Of a stretch of 64,000 nucleotides of DNA, positions 51,185 through 62,554 are shown in pieces. Source of the stretch: Lytechinus pictus (lineage: Eukaryota); assembly GCF_037042905.1 (NCBI RefSeq), contig NC_087252.1:3474001-3538000 (forward strand), written 5' to 3'. The translations under genes and the position numbers were made by a program. Within the stretch, counting starts at the first letter, position 1. Every line of letters begins with the position of its first letter. The notes under the pieces are model-generated. The model was not told the DNA's origin and made no database searches. It saw only the letters and a program-made list of their open reading frames with translations.

Positions 51185-52127
51185 TTTTTGTCCCACCTGC
51201 ATAGCAGAGTGAGACTATAGGCGCCGCTTTCCCGACGGCGGCGTCGTCAACACCAAATCTTAACCGAAGATTAAGTTTTTGAAATGACAGCATAACTTAG
51301 AAAGTATATGGATCTAGTTCATGAAACTTGGCCATAAGGTTAATCAAGTATTACTGAACATCCTGCTTGAGTTTCATGTCACATGACTAAGGTCAAAGGT
51401 CATTTAGGGTTAATGAACTTAGACCATGTTGGGGGAATCGACATCAAAATCTTAACCTAAGGTTAAGTTTTTGAAATGTCATCATGACTTAAAAAAAAAT
51501 ATGGACCTAGTTCATGAAGCTTGGACATGATAGTAATCTAGTATCACTAAACATCCTGTGTAAGTTTCAGGTCACATGATAAAGGTCAAAGGTCATTTAG
51601 GGTCAATGAACTTTGGCCAAATTGGGGATATTTGTTGAATTACCATCATAACTTTGAAAGTATGTTGGTCTAGTTCATAAAACTTGGACATAAGAGTAAT
51701 CAAGTATCACTGAACATCCTGTGCGCATTTTAGGTCACATGACCAAGGTCAAAGGTCAATGAACTTTGGCCATAATGGGGGTATATGTTGAATTACTATC
51801 ATAACTTTGAAAGTTTATGGATCTGACTCGTGAAACTTGGACATACGAGTAATCAAGTATCACTGAACATCCTGTGCGAGTTTCAGGTCACATAATCAAG
51901 GTCAAAGGTCATGTAAGGTCAATGAACTTTGGCCACGTTGGGGGTATTTGTTTGAATTACCATCATATCTCTGTAAAGTGTATTGGTCTATTTCATAAAA
52001 CGTGGAAATAAGAGTAACCAAGTATCACTGAACATCTTGTGCGAGTTATAGTAGTTTTCAAAGTCAGCACTGCTGCTATATTGAATCGCGTGATGCAGGT
52101 GAGACCGCCAGAGGCATTCCACTTGTT
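51185..52127 (+). mobile_element. Helentron-associated non-autonomous element (HINE/DINE-like) with internal tandem repeats of about 135-140 bp
   Basis: 5' ttttt-gtcccacctgcat and 3' atgcaggtgagac sub-TIRs, short GC hairpin/microsatellite, repeated aggtcaaaggtca units, ends cttgtt. Confidence 0.75.
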
Positions 52128-52617
52128 CCACTATTCCTTCAGATGGCCCAGACGCCATGAATCGACGGCGGGGTCAGCCTGCGATTACCAGATCTTGCGT
52201 AGGGAACCAATGACCTAGGTATCTGTTTCCCGGGCCTCTGGGATGACCATAGTCTCCCTGATGGTCACGTCACTTGTGACCCTTCGGTTACCATATGTTT
52301 TTCTTTTTATTACCATGGTATCGCAGCTTGTTTCCCGTCCGTCATTGCAATAAATAATTAGGGAAATTACTTTATATGATTTCATATATATCTTCCATGG
52401 TGATTTGTCAAATTGAAGATACGGATTATTGAAAATGTTTTACATGATTGCATATTAATTATATTGTTATATTGAACTTGAATATGCCAACTCAAACAGA
52501 GACATAAAAAAAGAGGAAACGGCAGTATCAAGCATTCCCATTGCATTTCTTATTAAAATTGGCAAAAGTAGTATACAATAGTCCTTAAGTTTTTCCATTC
52601 ATAATTTTTTTTTTCAG

Positions 52618-52944
52618 GAACGAATGCTCAAATAAGATCTTTTCCGGCAGAGCTAAACAGAAGCGTAGATATACCATGTGGTTGTACTATTTGCCCGGAG
52701 TTAACCTTTCGAGTTCAGTGGTACTTAAGCAGTAACCAACATGTTTTCCAAAAGGATGGACATGCTGTAGCGTGGTGGTCTGTTGGACGGAATGGCAGCA
52801 CCAAGGGGTTTGATATCAATGCTGACTTCTCAATGAAGATATACTACCTTACACCCCAACACAACAAACAGCTATTCAGGTGTTTGGTTGTCCCAGCTGA
52901 TGGTTCTGAAGATTGTACCCATGACGCTACATTACACATCTATG
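52618..52944 (+). CDS. IgSF gene exon 2: V-like Ig domain
   Basis: Polypyrimidine-cag acceptor, g|gtaaat donor, phase 1-1, stop-free: TNAQIRSFPAELNRSVDIPCGCTICPELTFRVQWYLSS...DFSMKIYYLTPQHNKQLFRCLVVPADGSEDCTHDATLHIY (B-strand C, C-strand WY, DFSMKI, F-strand FRC). Confidence 0.88.
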
Positions 52945-54690
52945 GTAAATACTTAACACTTTTTCCTGAATCATCCAGCAATTTCAATGATCTAAAAGAA
53001 GTAATATAAATTTATATGTTTATGTCATAGCTCTAGCTGTGACATTAAGTGCCGTCCAGGGAATCGAACCCTGGAATTTCATGTGTGTAGTAAGATTCTT
53101 TAGATCCCTCGACAACCCCGCCGTTTCGCAGCCATTAGAATTCAAATTTGGCGTCTTGTGCGCTTTATCGGTGAGGCTTTTATTAAATTCACTTAAGAAC
53201 AGCCCTTTGAGCACTTGATTTACAAATTAGTTTGGGAGGGACTAGAAAGCTAAAGACAAATATTATATCCACAAACTTTCATCCCATTCCATTCTTGAAA
53301 AATAGTTTAATATAAACAAGCAAAATTACACATGTATTTTATGTCATATGCTTCACATCACATCAACCGTTTTAAGGCCCCCTCACACCTAACCGAATTG
53401 CCTGAAATATGCCTTGCGATGGCTGGCGAAAGGCATTTTTTATTAATCGTTTTCAATGGTAACTGATAGTGAATCATATTTACCCTTCGTGTTTGGGTTC
53501 GCACACCTTCTGAACTAACAGCTGCGATTATTCAAATTCGGGCGGAAATTTTGAACATGTTTGAAATTTCCCGACGAATTGAAAAATCGTTAGCGACCTG
53601 TTTGAATTCGCATCTCTTATTTAGTCTGCGGTAATCGTTTATCATGCTTATCGTTCGTGTTTTATTGTCGCGCATAGTCCCTCATCGCGCTTTTGCCAAA
53701 GTTCGTCTTAGTGGGTTATATTAACCCTTCGCTCGCCTTCAGCTGCAATTTACTCAAAGAGGTGAACCGAAAATTGATATCCTTTGGAAGTCATATTTAT
53801 CCTTCACTTACCGTTCGTTGATTAAATTTTGCAATAGATACTGATCGCATGATTTGACGGAAATTTCATTTGAATACGTTTAATTCGTGTGCATTTCGTG
53901 TTTTTCCCCATTCTTCACTTTTTTTTTACAATTTCGGGTAATACGATGTAAAAGCATTAATGCTTTGTAACATAGAAGAAGTTCAATGAGTACATTTTCC
54001 CAACTTGGGGACCGCTCTAACTTTCTGAGAGAATGATTTGATAAAATACCAAGAGATATCAAATTGCATCATTTAAAATTGATTTTAGAACATCATCTAA
54101 GAGTAGTCTTTGATTCTGTAATAACCACCTTTCGCAAACCTCTACAACGCGACATTAGAGCCCGGTAACACAAAAGTTAACGATTAATCATATAGACTCG
54201 ATTTTCTAGATTGATTGTACATTATACTCAATACAATCGAACGTAGAAAACTGTTCTACAATCATTGCTAAGCTTTGTGTTACAGGACCTATAGATCTTG
54301 CTTTTCGTGTGCAAATTTTTTCATACGCTACCAGCATGCCATGCCATCTGCCTGCCTGCCTGAGCTCGCGGAGGGACTGTACTATCATGACTATCATGGC
54401 TCCAGCTGGCTGGAGACATGCGAAGTGTAGATTGTGACATGGATAAGAAAGTGGTTTTTCAAACAAATCGAGTACATATTGAGTGAGGAAAACTTACTGA
54501 ATTCAGACTTAGATATAAATCATTATTGTCCATCGAATCTATGTTGCATCTAATGTGGATTATTGGTGGATCACTAGCAATTGATTCCATGGGTCAGATC
54601 ATCTCTCCAGCTGAACCATTTCGCATGCGCTGATATGTACACAGCATTATGCAATAGGCTTATTCGTCCGAAACTCACCAAACTTTGCTC

Positions 54691-55588
54691 TAGCCTCAGT
54701 CTTGTCGAGGCCCTGTCGGCTGCTTTCCGAGCGAACATGGCGAAGCAAGGGCGAGAGCGAAGCAGAGCGCCGCGAGACAGGGCCTCTTGACATCTGGGCC
54801 GAATTGAACGAACTTTCTTTTGTTATTTATTGTTTTTACCAATATACCGACCAAAAACTGGTCGGTGAAAATCATCCAATGAGAGCGCGTGCTGCTATGA
54901 CGTCATGTTGAATATTCATGAGCTCATCTTTATAGCGACCCGTGGATTCTTGGCGAAAAGTGACGACGAAATATCAAAGAGCATTGAATATGCCTCTAAA
55001 ATGCCGAATATTGACCGATTTAAGGATTTGCAAGTCGATAAAATTAAATCTGTACTGAAAGGACGAAATGTTTTTGTAAATCTACCCACAGGATATGGAA
55101 AAAATGTTATCTTTCATGCGATTCCACTATGTGTCGATTATCGTTCTCCGCGGTGCAATGAGGGAATGCTGGAGTAGAGTTGTTTCCCCTTGACTCGAGT
55201 CAGACCAGCGGCTGATCAGTATCTCCCGGGAAGTTTCGGGGCGGTGATGGGTCTTTACGGACAGTACTAGTAGTAATTTTAGTAGTACCACTGCTTGTAG
55301 CATTTTGCTGGTTATATCCCATTTAGTGTCCCGCAATTAATTGAATCCCCTGCAGAATAGTGGACTACTATAGTATTCCGAACCCCGGACGAGACATTTC
55401 ATTGGTTTACTAGGTGACCGGTGATATTACAACTCATGTATATTCATTAGGAAGACGTTCCTCATGAATATATAATTCAGCTCAGATGTCAAGAGGCCCT
55501 GGCTCGCGCCAGGCCTAATTCGCTTCGCGCAATAGGAAATCCCTCGCTTCGCTCGGGAAGCAATCGCCAGGGCCTCGACAAGAGGCTA
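54691..55588 (+). mobile_element. AcademH-like non-autonomous derivative
   Basis: tagcct..cttgtcgaggccctg / cagggcctcgacaagaggcta termini, long bipartite TIRs, 9-bp TSD actttgctc (54682-54690, 55589-55597), internal RecQ-like fragment. Confidence 0.85.
54905..55177 (+). pseudogene. RecQ-like SF2 helicase N-terminal fragment (Q motif plus motif I)
   Basis: FKDLQVDKIKSVLKGRNVFVNLPTGYGKNVIFHAIP; no downstream DEAH motif, so truncated. Confidence 0.8.
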
Positions 55589-56190
55589 ACTTTGCTCCGG
55601 CTCCGAGAACCGCGGCTAGCTATTAATGCATATGCATGATCATGAACGGACCCCCGGTTCTATACTCTCTGATTGGCTAATATTTTGACGTGTGCTTGTT
55701 AGGAAATGCGGTCAAATTTTTTTTCATCCACGGTCAGTAATCAGGTAATGGTTTTTTTTTTATCGGCTGTATGTTAATGAAAATATGACATCACACCTCA
55801 CTAACCGTTTGTCCGCCGATGCGTGTAAAGTTTTTGTAATGTATTACAACCAATTTGGAATTACTGGATATTTGTATGACGATTAATGTGGAAGTTTAGA
55901 CAGGGTGCATGGATACTTAAGCAATTCCGATATCGAGCTATATTGGGGTCAAGCACCAATCCAAAGTTGGATTGAAATTTTCAATCTAATAGATTTAGAA
56001 TTCAATAATTTTCGATTGAGACTTGCAACCCAATTTTGGATTGGTCCCTGTATAACCACAACCTATTAGATGTACATAATTATTTTCAACTTTACTTCAT
56101 GAAATCGTGTTAATTTGGCACTATGGGAATGTACATACAATTCATTCATTCGTTCGCTCATTTCATTTCATTTCACTTCATCATTGGTAG

Positions 56191-56526
56191 CTAAACCCGA
56201 AGAACCACCTGCCATTGAATACACTCGACATTCTGACCAAACTGGTGGCTGCAATGTGACTTGTTCCATATCACACGTTTTCCCTCTGACCTTCCCAGTA
56301 TTTGGATCCAAAGAAGAAAATGGAAGTAAAGGAATCCTACTGAATAATGACGGCACGTTCAACACAAATGTGACGACATACTTTTCAAGGGTAGATGGTG
56401 ATACCACCATAGAATGTCTGTACTCATTAAGGAATTTTAAGAGCAAGTCTTCTTTACGAATCGTTGATTATGGTGACATCAGTGAGCGAGATGGGGAAGA
56501 AGATTGCGTGGATAAGAATAATACTG
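56191..56526 (+). CDS. IgSF gene exon 3: C1-like / CD80-type C domain
   Basis: tag acceptor, g|gtaatt donor, phase 1-1: AKPEEPPAI...NVTCSISHVFP...NNDGTFNTNVTT...IECLYSL. Confidence 0.88.
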
Positions 56527-56988
56527 GTAATTATAGCCTACTATTATTCGATAAAACAGAGTCTAAGATGCCCTTAGAAAAAAATGATCAAATTAATGTG
56601 CATTTATCCACGTTTAACATGTGATAAGTAGATTCGATTTAAATCATTAAATGCATCATTTAAAAAAGAAACATAATAAAAAAATAAATTAGCTGTTTTG
56701 CAAAACACTAATAAGTATAACAAAACAAGTAAAACTGAAATTTCATTTCCGAAAAAATTGTTCGTGTATGTTAATTATACCTTAGGTCTGTAATTTAAAG
56801 TAACTTTCGGCACATATAATGCGGAATATTTGATCTCTGCCTGAATTTGAAATCCAGTTTTAGGTGTGTCAGTAAGAGTTGCTTATGGCTGTTTTAGTAG
56901 ACAAAATACCAGTCCTATTTTCCGTAAAGTGAAATACATTGCAGAGTGGAAATGTACCTTTTTTGTAGTTTTTAATTTTACTTTTTCA

Positions 56989-57300
56989 CATTGGCGGCGG
57001 AAACCAAAAAAATAAGGGGGTCCACCTGAAAGTGTGGGATGGACACAGGTAAAAAATTTGACAAGCACCCCCCCCCCCCCCAAAATAAAAAAAAGGTCAT
57101 CAACCTAAATTTTGAGGGGGACCACAAACATTTCAAGCGGGGTGCACGTTAATTTAGGAGGGGCGCAGGAAACAAAATTGACAAGCAAAAAAAAAACGTT
57201 ATCAATAAAAAATATAGGGGGACCGTCCCCCTCACCTCAAATTAAGGGGGGACACGTCCCCCCCCCGCCCCCCCCCCCCCCCCCGTTTCCGCCGCCTATG
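56989..57300. mobile_element. hAT-like MITE
   Basis: TIR cat(t/a)ggcggcggaaac; 8-bp TSD ctttttca / cttcttca. A related partial copy lies at about 25850-26223. Confidence 0.7.
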
Positions 57301-57404
57301 CTTCTTCATGCTCTTGCGAAGTAGAGTAAAAATCGCAATAGAAATACATATATAATGACAATCCAAACATGTTTTAAGCTATTACGTCTACTTTTGCTGT
57401 ACAG

Positions 57405-57506
57405 ATTCCAACTTCAGATGCAGAAGTCCAGGATTGTGGTTGCTATGGACAATACTGATAATGGAAGTCCTATTAGTGGTCCTTATCTCCTACACGATAA
57501 TGATTG
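57405..57506 (+). CDS. IgSF gene exon 4: transmembrane segment
   Basis: cag acceptor, g|gtaggt donor, phase 1-1: DSNFRCRSPGLWLLWTILIMEVLLVVLISYTIMI. Confidence 0.8.
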
Positions 57507-57718
57507 GTAGGTACTTTTCAAATTATAATATGCCCTAAAACTTAGTATTTGCCGTTAATGCAAACAACGTTTTCTTATACCTTGGTCACATTTGCTCTAC
57601 GGCCGCCGTACGCCGAGTCGAAAACAGCCGTTTTATGCATTTTTATTCAAACCACCTATATATAGCTGGTACATAAAATGTTAGAACGGCTGTTTACGAC
57701 TGGCCGTTATGTAACCAT

Positions 57719-58362
57719 AGTATACAAATATACTTTGCCTTGAGAGTTTCTGGTTAAAACTATGGGCAAGAGGTGACTCCAGAATAGAACTATTCACTGA
57801 GGGGCGCAGCCCCGAAGTGAATGGTACTATTGGAGGCACCGAGGCCCATAGTTTTAACCAGAAACTCGAAATTATGGCAGAGTATATTTGTTTTATATTT
57901 TGGATCAAAAATTTTAACAAAAGGAAAAAACAGAATAATGGCTTACCTTTTATACCCTCTTGTCACTCTCATGGTCTTATGGTCTTTTTAAAAATCATAT
58001 CCAATTTTAATGAAATCCAAGTTTTAATAGTCAATGAAAATGTCTGAAAAAGGTCAAAGCAGAAACTGTAGTCTAAAAACGTAGCCGCGACGTCGCGAGT
58101 ATCGCCCATGGTAAGCACTCGAGCTCTCGTATACCCCGCTGAATGTTGGTGATTTTGATATCACGCGCATCAGGCGTATGGCGCCGTGACGTCATTTCCC
58201 CAAATAGTTTTACTATTTGGGGAAATGACGTCACAAAAATGACATAATTTTCTCAAATAGTATCCCTAGCTGCCAACATTCCAAAATAGTTGAAAATACA
58301 CATAATCACGTGAAGCTCTTTTAGCCAATGACCGGAGGATAAATTTTTGATCCAAAATATAA
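57719..58362. mobile_element. Crypton-like non-autonomous element
   Basis: Long hairpin 57720-57895 centred on attcactgaggggcgcagccccgaagtgaat; inverted tatattttggatcaaaa / ttttgatccaaaatata; no TSD found. Confidence 0.45.
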
Positions 58363-58453
58363 TAGAGAATAAAGCAATAACATATTTCACGTTTTCCGAT
58401 GACAGATGATAACATAATTGTTTATTTTTGTTTTTATACTACCCATTTCACAG

Positions 58454-58692
58454 GTCGTCTCCTCTTGAGAATTGCTAATCGCGACTCAAATCATGCGGAT
58501 GACAGGCTTGGGCATGGTGGAGCAGCCAATCTTGAATATGACGATACCACTGTGGCAAATTTGAATAGCAATAGTTCAGAAAATAGAGAGAATACGTTAA
58601 TTTCTAGAAAGCTGTTCCATTATTTCTTTGCAGCCATTATTTCTTTGGTTATCCACATGTCTATCCTAATCATGGTAATAATACTCTTATAG
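58454..58692 (+). CDS. IgSF gene exon 5: cytoplasmic tail (3' boundary uncertain)
   Basis: tttcacag acceptor, phase 1: GRLLLRIANRDSNHADDRLGHGGAANLEYDDTTVANLNSNSSENRENTLISRKLFHYFFAAIISLVIHMSILIMVIILL then TAG. Confidence 0.7.
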
Positions 58693-58829
58693 TTGGATAT
58701 CTAGCGTATACTAGCGCGTATGCAGGATTTTGCAGTTTTGGCGCCCCTGTGAACTTTCCGAAAAACGGCACCCCCAGCCAAGTAAACATAAGTACCTTAA
58801 ATGCAGTATGAGTAGCTATCTAAACAATT

Positions 58830-60000
58830 AATGCGAGCGCGAAACGCGAGATGAAAAATTTTGATATTCTGACCTAAAATTTGGACATTCTAAGCACTCT
58901 TGGCGAATATGAAAAAATTGGTATCTATAAATAATTTTTAATTTTGATATTCCGACCAAAAGCTGGACATTCTAAGCACATTTTTTAACCATGAATAGGA
59001 TGGGTATATGAACAATAGTGCGAGCGCGAATGGCGAGCTGAAAAAGGCGTGATATTCTTACATACATTTTGTATATTCCAAGCATCTTCTGTAATCGTCA
59101 ACAAGATGGTCATCTCACTATAAATTTAGGCGAGCGCGAAGGGTGAGCAGAAAGTTTTTGATATTTTGCCCATAAAAGCTTACCATTTTTGATATTCCGA
59201 CCTAAAGTTGGACATTCTAAGCCTATCTTGTATCCATGAATATGCTAGGTATCAATCTAAACAATTGAAGCGAGCGCAAAGCTGAAAAAAATATATATAT
59301 ATTCTGATCTCAAATTTGTACATTCCACGAACTCTTGTTAATCATGAATAGGATGAGTGTCTAACAAATAATTGTATGCGACTGCAAAGCGTGAGCTTAA
59401 AAATGTTTATATTCCGACCTTAAGCTTAACATTTTTGATATTCCAACCTAAAGTTGGACATTCTAAACATATTTTTATCCATGCATATGATAGGTATCAA
59501 TTTAGGTAACAATTGACGCAAGGGCAAAGCGCGTGCTGAAAAAAAAATAATCTGATCTCAAATTTGGACACGCTAAGCACTTTTGGTGATCATGATCTTA
59601 TGCTAGCGCGAAGCGTAAGCTAAATTTTTTATATTCCGACACAAAACTGGCCATTCTAAGCACATTTTGTAGTCATGAACAAGATTGGTCATCGAACTGT
59701 AAAGCAATTGATGCAAGCGCGAGGCACGAGCTGAAAATTGTTGATATTTGAGCCTTAACCATTGGACACCATGAACACTTTATGTAATCATGAACAGGAT
59801 AGCATCGAACTAATTGATGCGAGCTCGAAGCTTTAAATAAAAGTTTTTCATTTTTCGACCCAAAAATGGACGTTCTAAGCACTTTTGTAAATATGAACAG
59901 TATGAGTATCTATTCAAGCAATTGATAGGCGACCCACAGTTGGACATTCTAAGCAGTTATCTAACCATGAATAGGACCGAATAGGACCAATTGATGCGAG
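58830..60000 (+). repeat. Degenerate tandem array (gcgagcgcgaa...gatattccgacctaaa..ggacattctaagcac)
   Basis: About ten diverged units of roughly 110 bp. Confidence 0.8.
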
Positions 60001-60046
60001 TAGAACTAGATGAAAAAAAAATTGACCTAAGATTTAGACTTTCTAA

Positions 60047-61644
60047 AGGCCACCGCACACCTTAAGCCCCTTTCACAATTGACGTACGACCTGTTTACGA
60101 CCGCCTGCAACAGTTTTTTCTTGTTGTTGCACGATCGATCTCTTGGTGTCTTGCGAGCACTCGCAGTGGTTGTAGACGAACGCACGAATTTGAGGTGGTC
60201 GGAGGTGGTCGTGACTGGTGGCATCTGAATTTGAACATGTTCAAAATCCAAACGCGATCAAATACGATTGATTTACTCGCATCAGGTCGTACCATCGGTC
60301 GGGCGATCATCGTGTGAGTGTTGTTCAACGTTGTACGACTTGGTGCGAGAGGTGACACAACTACGTATAGTCGCATTTATGCGACTGGAGGTCGTACAAC
60401 ACTTGCACATGCGCTAGATACCTACAGAGACCAGTCTTGCGACTGGTTGCGATAATATAAGACTGTTGCAAGACCGATCGAAATTACGGCTTACAACGTT
60501 CCACTACCGTTGCATTCGCATGTATGCGACCGTACAGCCCCTTTCACAATTGACATCCGACCAGTTTACGACCGCCTGCAACAGTTTTTTCCTGCTGTTG
60601 CACGATCGATCTCTTGGTGACTTGCGAGCACTCGCAGTCGTTGTAGACGGTCGCACGAACTCGAGGTGGTCGTGACTGGTCACATCTGAACTTTGAACAT
60701 GTTCAAAATCCGAACGCGATCAAATACGACCGATTCACTCGCATCAGCTCGTATCCGGGGTCGTACCATCGGTCGGGCGATCATCGTGGGAGTGTTGTTC
60801 AACGTTGCACGACTTGGTGCGAGAGGTGGCACAACTAAGTAGTCGCATTTACTCGACTGGAGGTCGTAAAACACTTGCACATGTGCTAGCGACCTACATG
60901 TACAGAGACCTGTCTTGCGACTGGGTGCGATAATATGATGGGCCATAAGACTGTTGCAAGACCGATCGCAACGGCTTACAACATTGCACTACCGTTGTGT
61001 GCGACCGTTCTCCTCGCAATCCCTCGTGCAACACTCGCATGTGATCGCACGAGCACAATAGGATCATAAGCGACTTACTCGTGCAACGGGTTTTACTGGT
61101 TGTTTTTGTTGTACGACAGCTGTTGCAACTGTGAAAGCCTCTTTGCGATATTATGAGATGACTGGCGATTGATGCCTGTTGCAGCCTGTCGCACGACCAA
61201 AAGGTCGCAAGTGGTCGTACGTCAATTGTGAAAGGGGCTTTACGACCCGACTGGTCGGCGACTGGCTTGCGACTGAGAGAGGGGAGATGAATCGCAAGGC
61301 AGTCATAAGCCACGACACCGCACACCTTGCGATCCGATTTGCGACTCACGCATGCGCTTTTTGCTTTTTGGCATAACAACAAAGAGAATGCGTTTACTAC
61401 TGCGTATGCGCGTTGTTTATCACATACGCGTCGTGCAACTCTGCTGTCTGATTGGCTGGAATTTGGATTGAGCTTGCGATCCAGTCATAAGGATTCGACA
61501 TGTCAAATCCTTCCGATTTTCCTTGCGACTTGTCTCTGACCGGTCTGCGACTCTGAAGCTGACATGCGCTGTGACGTCACATCTCCCCTCACTCAGTCGC
61601 AAGCCAGTCGGCGACTGGTCGGGTCGTAAGGTGTGCGGTGGCCT
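60047..61644. mobile_element. Harbinger-like MITE (outer), TAA TSD
   Basis: taa|aggccaccgcacacctta ... taaggtgtgcggtggcct|taa; the left TIR resumes at 61243. Confidence 0.88.
60065..61239. mobile_element. Harbinger-like element (inner), TTA TSD, with a duplicated left half
   Basis: tta|agcccctttcacaattgacgtacgac ... gtcgtacgtcaattgtgaaaggggct|tta; a second left TIR lies at about 60536. Confidence 0.88.
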
Positions 61645-61669
61645 TAAGAAATGTGGTAATCATGACCAG

Positions 61670-61814
61670 GGGTCCGTTGCAGAAAGAGTTGCGTTTAAAC
61701 ACAAGTCAAACAATCAATCGCAAGTCTAAATTGCGCGTTGTTGATTGGTTAAAAATCAAGTTGCGCATGATTTTTAGAGTTGCGTTTGATTGCAACTCTT
61801 TCTGCAACGGGCGC
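61670..61814. mobile_element. Harbinger-like palindromic MITE, CAG TSD
   Basis: ccgttgcagaaagagttgc / gcaactctttctgcaacgg with cag flanks. Confidence 0.75.
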
Positions 61815-62554
61815 CAGAATGGCCATCTAACTATGCATTTGATTGGAGAGCTAAACTCATGTGAAATATTAATCTGTTGCCCCGGTCAAACATCGATTTT
61901 GCACAAACAAAATTAAGGTCAGTTTGGGGCCCCTTCATTTCAGATTAATTTCGCCCCCCCCCCCTCCCCCCGTAGGGCATTAATTTTGCGCCCTTGTTTC
62001 AGGATAATGTAGCACCCCCGGTCTAACATTTATTTTTGGAACCCAGAACAAACATCAAATTAGCGCCCCAAGGTTGAACATGAATTGGCGCCCAAGGACA
62101 AACATCAAATTGGCGCCCCTATGTCGAACATCAATTATGCGCCCCTAGTTAGAACACCAATTCCGCTCCGATATGTCGAACTTTAATTATCAACTGGGCG
62201 CCCCCCCCTCCCCCCCCCCCCCCGTCGAACATAAATTCGGCGCCCCCTATATCGAACGTTTTACCCTAAAGCAAAATGTGTTTGCTCCCTAAAAGGTTCA
62301 TATATGCACCGTATTTGGTGCAAGTGTACACCCTTGATGGTGAATGGGTGACGTCATCAGTCTGCTCATTTGCATACCGAACAGGATGTGCATATAATTT
62401 TTTTTGGTGAAAGTAAGCGAGACTTTAAAATATTACATTCTAATTCTCCATCCGATTTGATGAAACTTTCAGTGTTATGCTTGTTGGATTTTTCTCATTT
62501 TATTCAATTCAACTTTATATTGAGGAGGAATTGTCATTTAGGGTTTATCAATGT

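Noticed and set aside
53055..53080. tRNA T-arm/B-box-like ggttcgattccc on the minus strand
   Set aside because: Isolated hairpin with no cloverleaf or A-box context.
52500..56600. Possible RSS-flanked or split V gene
   Set aside because: The V exon is complete through the G strand, and I found no CACAGTG/CACTGTG with a nonamer beside it.
56115..56624. 169-aa single-exon ORF as a stand-alone gene
   Set aside because: Only 56191-56526 is exon; the flanks are intron read-through past clear splice sites.
60027..61729. Cluster of 60-160-aa ORFs on both strands
   Set aside because: GC-richer, internally repeated MITE sequence without Harbinger DDE or Myb/SANT motifs.
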